Source: Amoebophrya sp. A120 (taxonomy: Eukaryota; Protista; Dinoflagellata). Taken from it: 64,000 bases of DNA. Below the pieces are notes generated by a model. The model was given only the letters and a program-made list of their open reading frames with translations. It searched no databases and was not told the origin of the DNA. Both the position numbers and the translations under genes were made by a program. Of this stretch, positions 62,501 to 64,000 are shown in pieces (positions within the stretch are counted from its first letter, which is position 1; each line of letters opens with the position of its first letter). The stretch is taken from positions 814,627 through 878,626 of the forward strand of contig CAJINV010000007.1 in assembly GCA_905178155.1 (NCBI GenBank), written 5' to 3'.

Positions 62501-63766
62501 GAGGACGCCTTTTGTCATGCTACTTTAGCAGCTCTATTTCTACCCCGCAACAGGCTTACAATCTGCCTCCCTTGCCTACTCTGCAAGACAGGCATTTTGT
62601 GGGTTGCATTTTACGCATGACAAACTATTTCAACTTTGACGATTTCGATCCTGACGCTTCCATACTGCAGCTGCAGCAGCAGCAGGCCCAAGCAGTCGCG
62701 CCGCTCCGCGTCAAGGACCACTCCTACATATGACTTGCTCAAACGTTACAATCTCAAATGTCGTGACAATAGAATCTGGAATTTGTGTTGTGTGATGGGC
62801 ATGACAGACTCGCGCAGCGTTCCACCTTTTGCAATACAAATTTCCCCAGATTGTAGTGGGGTTTGGAGCTCCGGAACTTGTCATGCGCAACCCTATGAGA
62901 GTTGGCTAGATCATGCTCATCATGCAAGACAGATCTCAGATTCTATTGTAACGTTTGAGATTGTAACACCTGAGCGGGTTTTTATACTACACACCCCCCG
63001 CCTTCGTTTTGGATCAGAGACTGGGCCTTGTTGGAGGTACAACTTCTACTGCCGAGGAAGCAGTAGATCGTCGTACTCACAAAGAACAAGAGGACAGCAG
63101 CACAGCTGCAGCTTCGCTCGGTAAAAACTTCGACAACCTGTTTCGTTTGCCGCAAGAGGACCAAGATCAGCTTGCTCACCGCCCCTTGGATGAAAATAAT
63201 TTTAAGCTGCGACTCGAGGATCACGTTGAAAACGACAATGAACGCCAACTCCTTCCTATTAAGAGGAAAAATCCCCCCTCCCCATATCGAAAAGGTATGC
63301 TTCCGGAAATTTGTGATGCTGATTTGCGACCTCAAATCACGTCTGTCTTGCAAAAAGGCAACTCGACAAGCTACGCAGCATTGTGCAGGCGGTTTGTGAT
63401 GCTGATGGGCCTACAGCACGGACGTTTCTCATGCTAGACGCCTAGGCCAGAGCCTCTCTACTTAGGCCTAGTATGGGGCTGCATTCCTCTCCAGCAAGAC
63501 AGATCTTATTTGTGTACGCAAATCCTGCATCAGAAACTTCGTTCTGATATGGGGAGGGGGGATTTTTCCTGTTGATACTTCCTGCGTTTACGTTCTCTCC
63601 TGGTGATCAACATCATTCTGCGCTTACGTTCTCCCCAAGAAACACGACCGTCAAGGACGAGAGAGGCGACGAAACAAATCAGCGGACAAGCACTGATTCG
63701 TCCATGATTTCACCTCGAAATTCTAGCCGCCCGGTGACTTATCCCAACGGAAGACGAGTGTCTTAG
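50557..63766 (+). CDS. Large hypothetical protein, 3' part with Cys module, S/T stalk, TM helix and Cys-rich juxtamembrane tail
   Basis: Frame continuous across 18 introner sites; CEKSC..CRGYMYSNNC, TM IFTVAMLMLSIALAVIFGLVAVFLLICIF. A few junctions have degenerate repeats. Confidence 0.6.
51219..51369. mobile_element. Introner family F
   Basis: DR AGGTT. Confidence 0.9.
53102..53489. mobile_element. Introner, aged
   Basis: Weak TIR; DR GGACT/CGGCT; frame kept. Confidence 0.6.
53643..53957. mobile_element. Introner family B, aged
   Basis: DR GATTG/AACCG; frame kept. Confidence 0.75.
54980..55284. mobile_element. Introner family A
   Basis: DR TAATA. Confidence 0.9.
56327..56550. mobile_element. 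Introner family E
   Basis: DR GCCTC/GTCTC. Confidence 0.8.
56720..56928. mobile_element. Introner family G
   Basis: DR GCGGG. Confidence 0.9.
57225..57839. mobile_element. Introner family I, aged, host of a nested introner
   Basis: Right TIR split by 57596-57806; DR CATCT/CGTGA; frame kept. Confidence 0.7.
57596..57806. mobile_element. Introner family H nested in family I
   Basis: DR TATGG/TATGG. Confidence 0.9.
57890..58125. mobile_element. Introner family D
   Basis: DR AGGGT/TGGGT. Confidence 0.9.
58436..58748. mobile_element. Introner family B
   Basis: DR GTCCA. Confidence 0.9.
58941..59192. mobile_element. Introner family B
   Basis: DR TACGA. Confidence 0.9.
59244..59582. mobile_element. 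Introner family I
   Basis: DR TCGAG. Confidence 0.9.
59654..59922. mobile_element. Introner family L (TATGACCTGCTCA)
   Basis: DR TCGAT. Confidence 0.9.
60000..60342. mobile_element. Introner family I
   Basis: DR TCAGG/TCGTG. Confidence 0.8.
60394..60705. mobile_element. Introner family A
   Basis: DR CGACT. Confidence 0.9.
60915..60996 (+). repeat. 42-bp coding tandem duplication (PSSSASHxTTATGR)
   Basis: Two near-identical in-frame copies. Confidence 0.85.
61348..61497. mobile_element. Introner family F
   Basis: DR ACCTG/CCCTG. Confidence 0.88.
62358..62664. mobile_element. Introner family A
   Basis: DR CTGCA. Confidence 0.9.
62729..62986. mobile_element. Introner family L
   Basis: DR CTACA. 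Confidence 0.88.
63257..63577. mobile_element. Introner family I
   Basis: DR CTTCC. Confidence 0.9.
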
Positions 63767-64000
63767 TCTTACAGTTACAACACACTTTAGCAGATTTTTT
63801 TTGAAGGAGAACGCGAATGTGATCTGCATGTTGGGGGCATACAAAAATTCTGCAACAAGAATTGTTCATTGTGCGGAGAAATCGCAAACGACAAAAGCAT
63901 GTATAAAACTACTGAGGTGGCTCCTCGTCACGCGCAACATCTTCTCCCTCACACATGTTGACAGAGCTTGTTTGCGTTGCATCGTAGTTCTGGAAGATGA

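Noticed and set aside
6162-64000. Minus-strand genes, tRNA/rRNA genes, spliced-leader relics
   Set aside because: Minus ORFs are shadows of + genes or introners; no RNA gene or DinoSL sequence recognised by eye.

Overview
Eukaryotic DNA, most likely an Amoebophrya-like syndinian dinoflagellate (inferred from intron architecture, not from a marker gene). 1-6161 is the 3' part of a tyrosine-recombinase (YR) retrotransposon with split direct repeats. Its Pol reads RT-RNaseH-MTase-like-macrodomain. The rest holds about 6-7 host genes, all on the + strand: a GT32 glycosyltransferase, mago nashi, an SDR and several large low-complexity or surface proteins. I delimited by eye 70 short TIR elements ('introners', at least 13 families). 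They start TAT, end ATA and are flanked by 5-bp direct repeats; removing element plus one repeat copy restores the reading frame at nearly every exonic junction traced, exactly so in conserved Mago. Nested inside introns and introners are Helitron-like elements, a 1.6-kb TIR element, a poly(A) retro-insertion and another introner. All coordinates and domain calls are manual and were not checked by computation.
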